This document shows positions 51,481-62,255 of a stretch of 64,000 nucleotides of DNA, piece by piece. The notes beneath the pieces are model-generated. The model was not told the DNA's origin and searched no databases. It saw nothing but the letters and a program-made list of their open reading frames with translations. How positions within the stretch are numbered: the first letter of the stretch is position 1; each line of letters begins with the position of its first letter. A program made the position numbers and the translations under genes. The stretch is from Macrostomum lignano (lineage: Eukaryota): NCBI GenBank assembly GCA_002269645.1, contig NIVC01000788.1, forward strand, positions 229,777-293,776, given 5' to 3'.

Positions 51481-52334
51481 GGCCTAACAACAGGTAATCT
51501 AGAAAGATGGCCTAGCAACAGGGAATCTTGACAGATGGCATGGCAAATAAGGATGCGAATCTAAGAGGGAGGCAGTGGCTCAATACCTTAGGAGGGTGGC
51601 CATTCAGTGTGTCGATCGACGATCCCAAGATGTCAGATTTTTCAGATTTTCAATCTGAAAGATTCTAAGGCCTAAACTAAAAATGTGATCCACTGGCAGT
51701 GTGCCTTATCTGACTGCTCTCCTCTCCTAGATTGATTCAGCGAGTCCAGTTCATGCGATCGATGCGAGTAATGAAGCGTGGGTGGCTGGGGCCGAATGGA
51801 TGAGGATGCATCTTGAGCACACGACCTTGGAGACTGCGGGAGCAGAAAAATTGAGGACCATGTCCGTAGCCGATCACATCTGCAATAATTCTTCACTCTT
51901 ACCTTCTATACGATTATATCTTAATTATTAACTGTACACTGGCTTTCTTCGTCAAGATTGTGGGTCCGAAATCAGGGTGCCAATTGGCACTCTTCAAAAT
52001 TTTTAATTTAACTATTTAATGCTCAATTTTTTTATCTTAATCCCCATCATTTTAATCCTGAAAATTCCTGGTAAAAAAGTTTTAAGATGGCTGTTACGAG
52101 CTAGACTCATTACTCATTCAACTTTTTTCATACAGAGCGCGCGAGTTGAGGTTGAGACAAGACAATACTTACACTTTGAGAATAATCTCTGGAATTGTAT
52201 TTTGTCTCTTTTGTCACATCATTGGCCATGTTGATTTAATAGCAGATATTCGTTAACAAAAATTATCAGTCGGAATATCCGACCATTTTATGTTTTAGAA
52301 ATCTTTAAAAAAGCTGACTCAACAGTCCACTAAG

Positions 52335-53015
52335 ATCCTCAGTTACTGGGCCAGCCTCCCAGATCCTCAGTTGCTGGGCCAGCCTCCCAGATCCTCAGTT
52401 GCTGGGCCAGCCTCCCAGATCCTCAGTTGCTTGGACAGCCTCCCAGAGTGTCAGTTGCTGGGCCAGCCTCCCAGATCCTCAGTTGCTGGGCCAGCCTCCC
52501 AGATCCTCAGTTGCTGGGTCAGCCTCCCAGATCCTCAGTTGCTGGGCCAGCCTCCCAGATCCTCAGTTGCTGGGCCAGCCTCCCAGATCCTCAGTTTCTG
52601 GGCCAGCCTCCCAGATCCTCAGCTTCGGGGCCAGCCTCCCAGATCCTTCGTGAGGATCTGGGATCCTTTGTGAGGCTGGCCCAGCCTCCCAGATCCTCAG
52701 TTGCTGAGCCAGCCTCCCAGATCCTTCGTGAGGATCTGGGATCCTTTGTGAGGCTGGCCCAGCCTCCCAGATCCTCAGTTGCTGGGCCAGCGTCACAAAG
52801 TGTCAGTTGCTCGGCCAGCCCCCCAAATCCTCATTTGCTGGCCAGCCTCCCAGATCCCCAGTTACTGGGCCAGCCTCCCAGATCCCCAGTTACTGGGCCA
52901 GCCTCCCAGATCCCTAGTTTCTGGGCCAGCCTCCCAGATCCTCAGCTACTGGGCCACCAGCCTCTCAGATCCTCAGTTGCTGGGCCAGCCTCCAAGATCC
53001 CCAGTTGCTGGACCA
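52335..53015 (-). repeat. Same 28-bp unit in inverted orientation, GATCCTCAGTTGCTGGGCCAGCCTCCCA (~24 copies)
   Basis: Reverse complement of the 50978-51480 unit. Confidence 0.95.
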
Positions 53016-53060
53016 GCCCTCACGCTTAAGCACTTTGCTCACCATAATGAAGCTGAACCA

Positions 53061-53095
53061 TGACTAACGCAATGCCTCCCGCCTTCCCCACCCAG
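53061..53095 (+). promoter_or_regulatory. Branch point (TGACTAAC), pyrimidine tract and 3' splice site of Nck intron 2
   Basis: Consensus branch sequence about 30 nt upstream of the CAG acceptor. Confidence 0.85.
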
Positions 53096-53326
53096 CCGAG
53101 CGACCTCACCCTGACCATGCGGGCGCGGGAGAAGAATCGCAATTTCAAGATCCGCCGAATTCCCGAGTCCAACGGCCTTCGCTACAACATCGGGCAGAAG
53201 TACTTCAACAGCCTGGAGGATCTGGTCAAGCACTATATGGAGCACCCGATATTCCGGTCAACTGACGAGAGATGCCATCTGGCTGGCGCTTTCCAGCATC
53301 CCAGCCTGTCGGGATCCCAGCTGTAG
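53096..53326 (+). CDS. NCK: Nck exon 3 (SH2 C-half, stop)
   Basis: Branch point TGACTAAC at 53061, then cccacccag|CCG AGC GAC, giving PSDLTLTMRAREKNRNFKI...IGQKYFNSLEDLVKHYMEHPIF...SQL*. Total CDS 1596 nt (531 aa). Confidence 0.97.
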   Translation, partial: PSDLTLTMRAREKNRNFKIRRIPESNGLRYNIGQKYFNSLEDLVKHYMEHPIFRSTDERCHLAGAFQHPSLSGSQL

Positions 53327-53834
53327 AAGCCCCATCTAATTGGCAGTTCAGCGCCATTGGCAACCCCAGTGGTTTCCATCCTAGTAGAATATTATCACTG
53401 TGTCATTGTGGTGTCTTTTTTCATTTTTTTATTCTGACGGCGTACGACTAGCACTGGATGACAGACAAGCACTTGACCGCTTTTTCTCACCTCAGCTTAT
53501 CGGTAATTTTTCACTTTCTTATATTTTTGTTCTCATATCTGTTTGTGCAATTTTCTGTTCTTTATTCACTGTGCATGTCAAATAGAGAAGAATTAAAAGT
53601 AGTTGCGTAAATATTTGAAAATTGCATCAACTCCGCTCTCTTGCGTACTTATGAGTAGTCAAATCTGTTTTTTGGTCGTTCATTTATTGTTCAGTTGTCT
53701 ACCATTAATTTGATTCTTTTTTACAATTAAACTGGCTTTATTAGACTGTTTAGTGTCTAGTTTAACTGAATCCGTGCTCCCAACTCACTTCTACTATTGC
53801 CCCTGTGTTCCTATTGACCAATTAGGACACTTGA

Positions 53835-56652
53835 ACTCACCCCAGAGAGCCGACACCCCTTAGACTCACCCCAGAGAGCCGACACCCCATAGTCTCACCC
53901 CAAAGAACCAGCACCCCTTAGACTCACCCCAGAGAACCAGCACCCCTTAGACTCACCCCAGAAAGCCGACACCCCATAGCCTCACCCCAAAGAACCAGCA
54001 CCCCTTAGACTCACCCCAGAGAACCAGCACCCCTTAGACTCGCCCCAGAGAACCAGCACCCCTTAGACTCACCCCAGAGAACCAGCACCCCTTAGACTCG
54101 CCCCAGAGAACCGGCACCCCTTAGACTCACCCCAGAGAGCCGACACCCCATAGCCTCACCCCAAAGAACCAGCACCCCTTAGACTCACCCCAGAGAATCA
54201 GCACCCCTTAGAATCACCCCAGAGAACCAGCACCCCTTAGAATCACCCCAGAGAACCGGTACCCCTTAGACTCACCCTAGAGAATCAGCACCCCTTAGAC
54301 TCACCCCAGAGAACCGGCACCCCTTAGACTCACCCAAGAGAACCAGCACCCCTTAGACTCACCCAAGAGAACCGGCACCCTTTAGAATCAACACAGAGAA
54401 CCAGCACCCCTTAGAATCACCCCAGAGAACCAGCACCCCTTAGAATCACCCCGGAGAACCAGCACACCTTAGAATCACCCCGGAGAACCAGCACACCTTA
54501 GAATCACCCCAGAGAACCAGCACCCCTTAGACTCACCCAGAGAACCAGCACCCCTTAGACTCACCCCAGAGAACCAGCACCCCTTAGAATCACCCCAGAG
54601 AACCAGCACCCCTTAGAATCACCCCAGAGAACCAGCAGCCCTTAGAATCACCCCAGAGAACCAGCACCCCTTAGACTCACCCCAGAGAACCAGCACCCCT
54701 TAGAATCACCCCAGAGAACCAGCACCCCTTAGACTCACCCCAGAGAACCAGCACCCCTTAGACTCACCCCAGAGAACCAGCACTCCTTAGAATCACCCCA
54801 GAGAGCCGACACCCCTTAGACTCACCCCAGAGAGCCGACACCCCTTAGACTCACCCCAGAGAACCGGCACCCCTTAGACTCACCCCAGAGAACCAGCACC
54901 CCTTAGAATCACCCCAGAGAACCAGCACCCCTTAGAATCACCCCAGAGAACCAGCACCCCTTAGACTCACCCCAGAGAACCAGCACCCCTTAGACTCGCC
55001 CCAGAGAACCGGCACCCCTTAGACTCACCCCAGAGAGCCGACACCCCATAGCCTCACCCCAAAGAACCAGCACCCCTTAGACTCACCCCAGAGAATCAGC
55101 ACCCCTTAGAATCACCCCAGAGAACCAGCATCCCTTAGAATCACCCCAGAGAACCGGTACCCCTTAGACTCACCCTAGAGAATCAGCACCCCTTAGACTC
55201 ACCCCAGAGAACCGGCACCCCTTAGACTCACCCAAGAGAACCAGCACCCCTTAGACTCACCCAAGAGAACCGGCACCCTTTAGAATCAACACAGAGAACC
55301 AGCACCCCTTAGAATCACCCCAGAGAACCAGCACCCCTTAGAATCACCCCGGAGAACCAGCACACCTTAGAATCACCCCGGAGAACCAGCACACCTTAGA
55401 ATCACCCCAGAGAACCAGCACCCCTTAGACTCACCCCAGAGAACCAGCACCCCTTAGACTCACCCCAGAGAACCAGCACCCCTTAGAATCACCCCAGAGA
55501 ACCAGCACCCCTTAGAATCACCCCAGAGAACCAGCAGCCCTTAGAATCACCCCAGAGAACCAGCACCCCTTAGACTCACCCCAGAGAACCAGCACCCCTT
55601 AGAATCACCCCAGAGAACCAGCACCCCTTAGACTCACCCCAGAGAACCAGCACCCCTTAGACTCACCCCAGAGAACCAGCACCCCTTAGACTCACCCCAG
55701 AAAACCAGCACCCCTTAGACTCACCCAAGAGAACCAGCACCCCTTAGAATCACCCCAGAGAACCAGCACCCCTTAGACTCACCCAAGAGAACCGGCACCC
55801 CTTAGAATCACCCCAGAAAACCAGCACCCCTTAGACTCACCCAAGAGAACCGGCACCCCTTAGAATCACCCCAGAAAACCAGCACCCCTTAGACTCACCC
55901 AAGAGAACCGGCACCCCTTAGAATCACCCCAGAAAACCAGCACCCCTTAGACTCACCCAAGAGAACCGGCACCCCTTAGAATCACCCCAGAGAACCAGCA
56001 CCCCTTAGACTCACCCCAGAGAACCAGCACCCCTTAGAATCACCCCAGAGAACCGGCACCCCTTAGACTCACCCCAGAGAACCAGCACCCCTTAGACTCA
56101 CTCCAGAGAACCGGCACCCCTTAGACTCACCCCAGAGAACCGGCACCCCTTAGACTCACCCAGAGAACCGGCACCCCTTAGACTCACCCCAGAGAACCAG
56201 CACCCTTAGACTCACCCCAGAGAACCGGCACCCCTTAGACTCACCCCAGAGAACCGGCACCCCTTAGACTCACCCCAGAGAACCAGCACCCTTAGACTCA
56301 CCCCAGAGAACCGGCACCCCTTAGACTCACCCCAGAGAACCAGCACCCCTTAGACTCACTCCAGAGAACCGGCACCCCTTAGACTCACCCCAGAGAACCG
56401 GCACCCCTTAGACTCACCCCAGAGAACCGGCACCCCTTAGACTCACCCCAGAGAACCAGCACCCTTAGACTCACCCCAGAGAACCGGCACCCCTTAGACT
56501 CACCCCAGAGAACCGGCACCCCTTAGACTCACCCCAGAGAACCAGCACCCTTAGACTCACCCCAGAGAACCGGCACCCCTTAGACTCACCCCAGAGAACC
56601 GGCACCCCTTAGACTCACCCCAGAGAACCGGCACCCCTTAGACTCACCCCAC
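53835..56652. repeat. 29-bp satellite CCCAGAGAACCAGCACCCCTTAGACTCAC (~97 copies) between the Nck and tetraspanin 3' ends
   Basis: Period read directly; ~898-bp higher-order duplication inside. Confidence 0.97.
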
Positions 56653-57575
56653 ATAACCATCAGATAAAATTTTGATAAATTTTCACACCCATGGGACTAA
56701 TGTATTGAATGTATAGTATTAAGATTTCTGTAGATAAATGCCGCAATAAAAGCATTTGAGAGTGCAATAGATGAATACTGTTTAGAACCAGCAGTTAAGT
56801 TAATCTTAAGTAATTTTTGAGCTGTAATAAATCTCCGGTACAGTGGTTTTTTTCATTTATAGACGAAGTACATTTTTAGTGTTTTAACATTATTATTATT
56901 ACTCGAACTGTTGACCTGACCGAACAATGCGGGCTTCAATTTATCGGTGAGTAATTAACGGCCACTCGCATTTTGCAGCTCCCTTGTTTCCGTGGACCCT
57001 GCATGCTGTCCCTGCATAACCCTAATAATCTCCCTTCTTTTTTACAGTGCCCATTTTGCAAAGTCTGTGTGGGCAAGTATTAATTTAGCTTTTGCTTTTT
57101 TACTATATTATATATATCTGCCCCTTCCACTTATTAAAGATGACTCACAGAGGGATCAAACAGAGAGAGACAGTCAGATAGTGTCCACTGTCTCATGTCG
57201 CTTGTATTTACCTGAATACCTGACTGTCCTGCAGTCCTTTATTAGTACTTCTAGCTACATGGGACAAATATTGTCATCATTTTGCTGTAGTGAATAAAAT
57301 TAAATAAATTAACATAGTAAAATAAAGCTTAAATATCTATATCTATATATTATATAAATATTACTGATAAAATTGCACTTGTGCCATTAATGTTTATATA
57401 TACATTTTACAAATGAAAGTTCTTCGTACACGTGTTTGCTTATTTAATTATTATTATTATTATTATTATTATACTTGTACACATAAAGCAACTCGGGCTA
57501 GGTCTAATACGCTCGCATAATAGTCAATCAATGCGCAGAGCCTAACAGTCTCGGCTGGGCGGCCAGTTGCTATGG

Positions 57576-57662
57576 TTACCAATCTTCTTCGTAATAGTCG
57601 TAGCTGTCCTCTTCTTCGTCAAGTATTTTGAGCATGTAGCAGGCCAGAACGACGCCAAGCAC
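57576..57662 (-). CDS. Tetraspanin last exon (TM4 end and cytoplasmic tail)
   Basis: ctaacgaatccgcag|GTG CTT... gives VLGVVLACYMLKILDEEEDSYDYYEEDW*. Confidence 0.92.
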   Translation of the reverse strand: MLGVVLACYMLKILDEEEDSYDYYEEDW

Positions 57663-57694
57663 CTGCGGATTCGTTAGTTCATAAACTGTGCGCT

Positions 57695-57865
57695 AGGAGC
57701 GGAACAGCTCAGCGGTCTGTGCCTGACGATTAGACAATCAAAGGACGGCTGTACACCCTGAGTGAGCATGTGTATGAGTGCGTGCCTGCGTACAGCATCG
57801 GCGCGCTTGTTGAATGCGCTCAGAAGTCAGCGGAATGGGCAGGATTGCTGTCAGCCCAGGTTGTG
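57695..57865 (+). mobile_element. SINE family B, internally deleted copy (intron of tetraspanin)
   Basis: GCGGAACAGCTCAGCGG joined directly to the GATTAGACA...GCTGTACACCCTG...CAGCGGAATGGGCAG body. Confidence 0.7.
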
Positions 57866-58266
57866 GAACTAGATCAACTGGTGTGCGTTGGCTCGTTTGG
57901 TAGAATCGGTTTGTGCACTGCTTAGAATCTGTGTTCAGAAGCCGAAAAAAAGTGGCTGATTTTCGGTCTTTGTATAGTCAGTGTTAGGCGCTAGCTAACT
58001 CAGTAGTCAGCAAATGTTATTAAAACAAATTTTTCACCGTTCGTTTAGTTCTGTTAACATTTTTAGCAACTTTTGTCATGAGTAGTGAATGTACTTCGAG
58101 TATTGCAGTGACTTCATTAATTCAATTAACTACATGTAGTTGTAAATTGTCGTGTTACTCTTCAATGCCACATGCAGACTAAACTAGAGCGCTAGGGATC
58201 AATGAATTGCCTCACTTGGGGCTGACTGTGGTTTAGTAACTACCCGGAGCAGAGAGAGAGCCTCAC

Positions 58267-58350
58267 CTGCATTCCAATCAGCAGGCCAGCCAATACTAGG
58301 CCAACAACTTCGTATTTGGACAGGTAATTAACCACTGCTTCGGGACAGGT
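58267..58350 (-). CDS. Tetraspanin exon with last loop Cys and first half of TM4 (84 nt)
   Basis: tctttttcag|ACC TGT... gives TCPEAVVNYLSKYEVVGLVLAGLLIGMQ, then |gtgagg. Confidence 0.92.
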
Positions 58351-58494
58351 CTGAAAAAGAGGTTTCGGAGAAATCGTATTTAATGTTAAAATAAAAATTG
58401 TTTCAAAAACGATTGAATAACTTGTGCGTATCTATCTACCTTTGTTGGACATCGCCACCCCCTCTGCCATCTTTCAATTGTCTTACCCGCTACC

Positions 58495-59505
58495 CAAGAT
58501 TCTTCATCAGTTGCCTCCCCGCCACCCCCTCTGAGATTCTTCAGTTGCCTCCCCGCCATCTCTTCTGAGATTTTTAAGTTGTCTGCCCGCCACCCCCTCT
58601 GAGAGTCTTCAGTTGTCTGCCCGCCACCCCAGTGGTGTGATTCAGGCGCGAATTCGCGCCAGGCGCGAAAATGGCGCGAATGCGCGAATCCTGGGGGTCT
58701 GGCGCGAAATTTTGTGGAACCATGGGCGCGAAAATTGCATTCTTATTTTCTGCTTTTTACACTTATTCTCTTGTCAGACAGTATGAAATACAAGAATGTC
58801 ATAGCTTAGGAGATTAATCTAACAAACTGAGTTCAATCTCAGGCGTCAGCAGCAGAATGTGCAGAAGAAGAAACAGAAGGAGGCAGAGAAGCTAGCTGAG
58901 CTCGTCTTGAAGCGCAAGGCTGCTGAGCTGCTGTCAACGTCGTCAATCACCAGCACGAGCAGTCGTCTGCCTGCAGACATCGCCAACAAGAAGTTCAGGG
59001 GGACACGGCTGTGACTTAAGAGACATGCTAATTGGTAGCCAGACGCATCTTCAAAAGTGTCATCAATTGACTTATTTGGCTGTCAGTAGAATATTATTGG
59101 CATGGCGCGAAAATTTTCAGTCGGCGCGAAATTTGGCAAACTTTCCAATCACACCACTGCGCCAACCCCTCTGAGATTCTTCAGTTGCCCCCCCGCCATC
59201 TCTTCTGAGATTCTTAAGTTGTCTGCCCGCTACCCCCTCCGAGAGTCTTCAGTTGCCTGCCCGCCACCCCCTCTGAGAGTCTTCAGTTGTCTGCCCGCCA
59301 TCCTGAGATTCTTCAGTTGCCTGCCCGCCACCCCCTCTGAGATTCTTAAGTTGTCTGCCCGCCACCCCCTCTGAGATTCTTCAGTTGCCTGCCCGCCATC
59401 CTGAGATTCTTCAGTTGCCTGCCCGCCACCCCCTCTGAGATTCTTCAGTTGCCTGCCCGCCACCCCCTCTGAGATTCTTCAGTTGCCTGCCCGCCACCCC
59501 TCTGC
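58495..59505. repeat. 34-bp array CTGAGATTCTTCAGTTGCCTGCCCGCCACCCCCT interrupted by the hAT element
   Basis: Units present on both sides of 58630-59159. Confidence 0.9.
58630..59159. mobile_element. Non-autonomous hAT-type element (530 bp)
   Basis: Perfect 13-bp TIR CAGTGGTGTGATT...AATCACACCACTG, clustered subterminal GGCGCGAA motifs at both ends, and 8-bp flanks CGCCACCC / CGCCAACC (7/8). Confidence 0.85.
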
Positions 59506-59687
59506 CTGTGGACTAACTGTGTCGACAAAGATACATGTACGTGTATTAGTAACTATAAGGTGGGCCACTCAGCACGATTGCGTGCGTGCAACCTTACTTC
59601 TGTCTTTATCGACTTACATGTACTCCCCCCAAGCTTAACCTTCTGTTTTACCTAGCCAGCATGAAGGTCACCAGCCTTATTGTTCAC

Positions 59688-59915
59688 CCCGGCCGATTCG
59701 GCTACGAACGGGCAGTCGGGCTCCAGCAGGAACTCGTGCAGGCGCTCGTTCTGGTTGAACTTGGGCCGCAGCACGATGGTCCGCACCCGCCTGTTGACCA
59801 GCTGGCAGCAGGTGGGCGGCCGGACCAGCTGCTTGCCCTGCCAGATCCTGTCCGATTCGTTCCATCGGTTGCTCCCGGTGATGTCGCCGACTTTTTTGAT
59901 GCCGCAACAGCCGAA
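59688..59915 (-). CDS. Tetraspanin large extracellular loop exon (CCG and PxxCC motifs); 3' boundary is 59688 or 59676
   Basis: ctgacatccgcag|TTC GGC TGT TGC GGC gives FGCCGIKKVGDITGSNRWNES...RPPTCCQL...EPDCPFVAESAG(VNNK). Not in the ORF track in this frame. Confidence 0.93.
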
Positions 59916-59989
59916 CTGCGGATGTCAGAGGAGGGTTGTTACGAAACAACGTCACAGCTGGCTCAGAACCGACTGCAATAAAACATTGG

Positions 59990-61832
59990 CGCTAGAATGA
60001 GTGCCTGCGGCGCTAAAATGAGTGCCTGTGGCGCCAAAATGAGTGCCTGTGGCGCTCAAATGAGTGCCTGCTGCGCTAAAATGAGTGCCTGTGGCGCTCA
60101 AATGAGTGCCTGTGGCGCCAAAATGAGTGCCTGTGGCGCTCAAATGAGTGCCTGCTGCGCTAAAATGAGTGCCTGTGGCGCTCAAATGAGTGCCTGTGGC
60201 GCTCAAATGCATGAGTGCCTGCGGCGCTAAAATGAGTGCCTGCTGCGCTAAAATGAGTGCCTGTGGTGCTAAAATGAGTGCCTGCGGCGCCAAAATGAGT
60301 GCCGGCGGCGCCAAAATGAGTGCCTGCTGTGGCGCCAAAATGAGTGCCTGTGGCGCTAAAATGAGTGCCTGTGGCGCTAAAATGAGTGCCTGCGGCGCTA
60401 AAATGAGTGCCTTCGGCGCTAAAATGAGTGCCTGCGGCGCTAAAATGAGTGCCTTCGGCGCTAAAATGAGTGCCTGCGGCGCCAAAATGAGTGCTTGCGG
60501 CGCTAAAATGAGTGCCTGCGGCGCCAAAATGAGTGCCTTCGGCGCCAAAATGAGTGCCTTCGGCGCTAAAATGAGTGCCTGCTGCGCTAAAATGAGTGCC
60601 TGTGGTGCTAAAATGAGTGCCTGCGGCGCTAAAATGAGTGACTGCGGCGCTAAAATGAGTGCCTGCGGCGCCAAAATGAGTGCCTGCGGCGCTAAAATGA
60701 GTGCCTGCGGCGCTAAAATGAGTGCCTGTGGTGCTAAAATGAGTGCCTGTGGCGCCAAAATGAGTGCCTGCGGCGCTAAAATGAGTGCCTGCGGCGCCAA
60801 AATGAGTGCCTTCGGCGCTAAAATGAGTGCCTGCTGCGCTAAAATGAGTGCCTGTGGTGCTAAAATGAGTGCCTGCGGCGCCAAAATGAGTGCCTGCGGC
60901 GCTAAAATGAGTGCCTGTGGTGCTAAAATGAGTGCCTGTGGCGCCAAAATGAGTGCCTGCGGCGCTAAAATGAGTGCCTGCGGCGCCAAAATGAGTGCCT
61001 TCGGCGCTAAAATGAGTGCCTGCTGCGCTAAAATGAGTGCCTGTGGTGCTAAAATGAGTGCCTGCGGCGCCAAAATGAGTGCCGGCGGCGCCAAAATGAG
61101 TGCCTGCTGTGGCGCCAAAATGAGTGCCTGTGGCGCTAAAATGAGTGCCTGTGGCGCTAAAATGAGTTCCTGCGGCGCTAAAATGAGTGCCTTCGGCGCT
61201 AAAATGAGTGCCTGCGGCGCTAAAATGAGTGCCTTCGGCGCTAAATTGAGTGCCTGCGGCGCCAAAATGAGTGCCTGCGGCGCTAAAATGAGTGCCTGCG
61301 GCGCCAAAATGAGTGCCTTCGGCGCCAAAATGAGTGCCTTCGGCGCTAAAATGAGTGCCTGCGGCGCTAAAATGAGTGCCTTCGGCGCTAAAATGAGTGC
61401 CTGCGGCGCCAAAATGAGTGCCTGCGGCGCCAAAATGAGTGCCTGCGGCGCCAAAATGAGTGCCTTCGGCGCCAAAATGAGTGCCTTCGGCGCTAAAATG
61501 AGTGCCTGCTGCGCTAAAATGAGTGCCTGTGGTGCTAAAATGAGTGCCTGCGGCGCCAAAATGAGTGCCTGCGGCGCTAAAATGAGTGACTGTGGTGCTA
61601 AAATGAGTGACTGTGGTGCTAAAATGAGTGACTGTGGCGCTAAAATGAGTGACTGTGGTGCTAAAATGAGTGACTGTGGCGCTAAAATGAGTGCCTGTGG
61701 TGCTAAAATGAGTGACTGTGGCGCTAAAATGAGTGGCTAAAATGAGTGACTGTGGCGCTAAAATGAGTGCCTGTGGCGCTAAAATGAGTGACTGTGGCGC
61801 TAAAATGAGTGACTGTGGCGCTAAAATGAGCG
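59990..61832. repeat. 21-bp array AAAATGAGTGCCTGYGGCGCY (~87 copies)
   Basis: Period read directly; 780-bp higher-order duplication. Confidence 0.97.
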
Positions 61833-61954
61833 CTGACAACACCAATTCTTAAAATAATGTACATGTACAAGTACATGTAGAATTCTTGGCTTTGCCCCCC
61901 CCAACCCCCCCCCTCAAACAAACTGACTGCATCTGATCATCTTCCTATCTCAAG

Positions 61955-62255
61955 GGAGCAGAGCAGTTCAGCGGTAAGCGCATTTGAGTCTCTCGCCACA
62001 GACCTCTGGTTCGATTCCGTAAAATTGGCCGGTGGGCTGTCGTGCGATTCACAGGCATGAGGGCCAATCCCTCAACGCGCAGAGAGTGCACATGCTTGTC
62101 AATTAGAAAGTCAGGACCGCTGTAAATGTACACCCTGTGTGAGCGTGTGTGTGAGTGCGTGCCTGCGTACAGTATTGCCGCTTGTGTGCTCAGGAGCCAG
62201 CGGAATGGGCAGAACTGCCGTCAGCGCTGGCGTGTGGGACGATGTCGCCGAGGTT
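61955..62255 (+). mobile_element. SINE family B, near full length
   Basis: AGTTCAGCGGTAAGCG (A-box-like) and GGTTCGATTCC (B-box), followed by the family body ending CAGCGGAATGGGCAG. Confidence 0.8.

Noticed and set aside
48515-56652. CRISPR-like regular repeats of 28-35 bp
   Set aside because: The units are head-to-tail with no unique spacers, there are no cas genes, and the context is eukaryotic introns.
59660-59685. Idea of a microhomology (ATAAGG) deletion removing the tetraspanin GC motif
   Set aside because: The last loop Cys is supplied by the separate exon 58267-58350 (TCPEAVV), so no deletion is needed.
59586-59981. Plus-strand ORF with a LipB/LIPT2-like start (GRFGYERAVGLQQELV)
   Set aside because: It is the antisense shadow of the tetraspanin CCG exon, and no further lipoyltransferase motifs follow.
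59952-61845. 500+ aa ORFs resembling antifreeze or repeat proteins (MSACGAK / APQALIL / GTHFSAA)
   Set aside because: Open in three different frames across a 21-bp satellite lying inside a tetraspanin intron.
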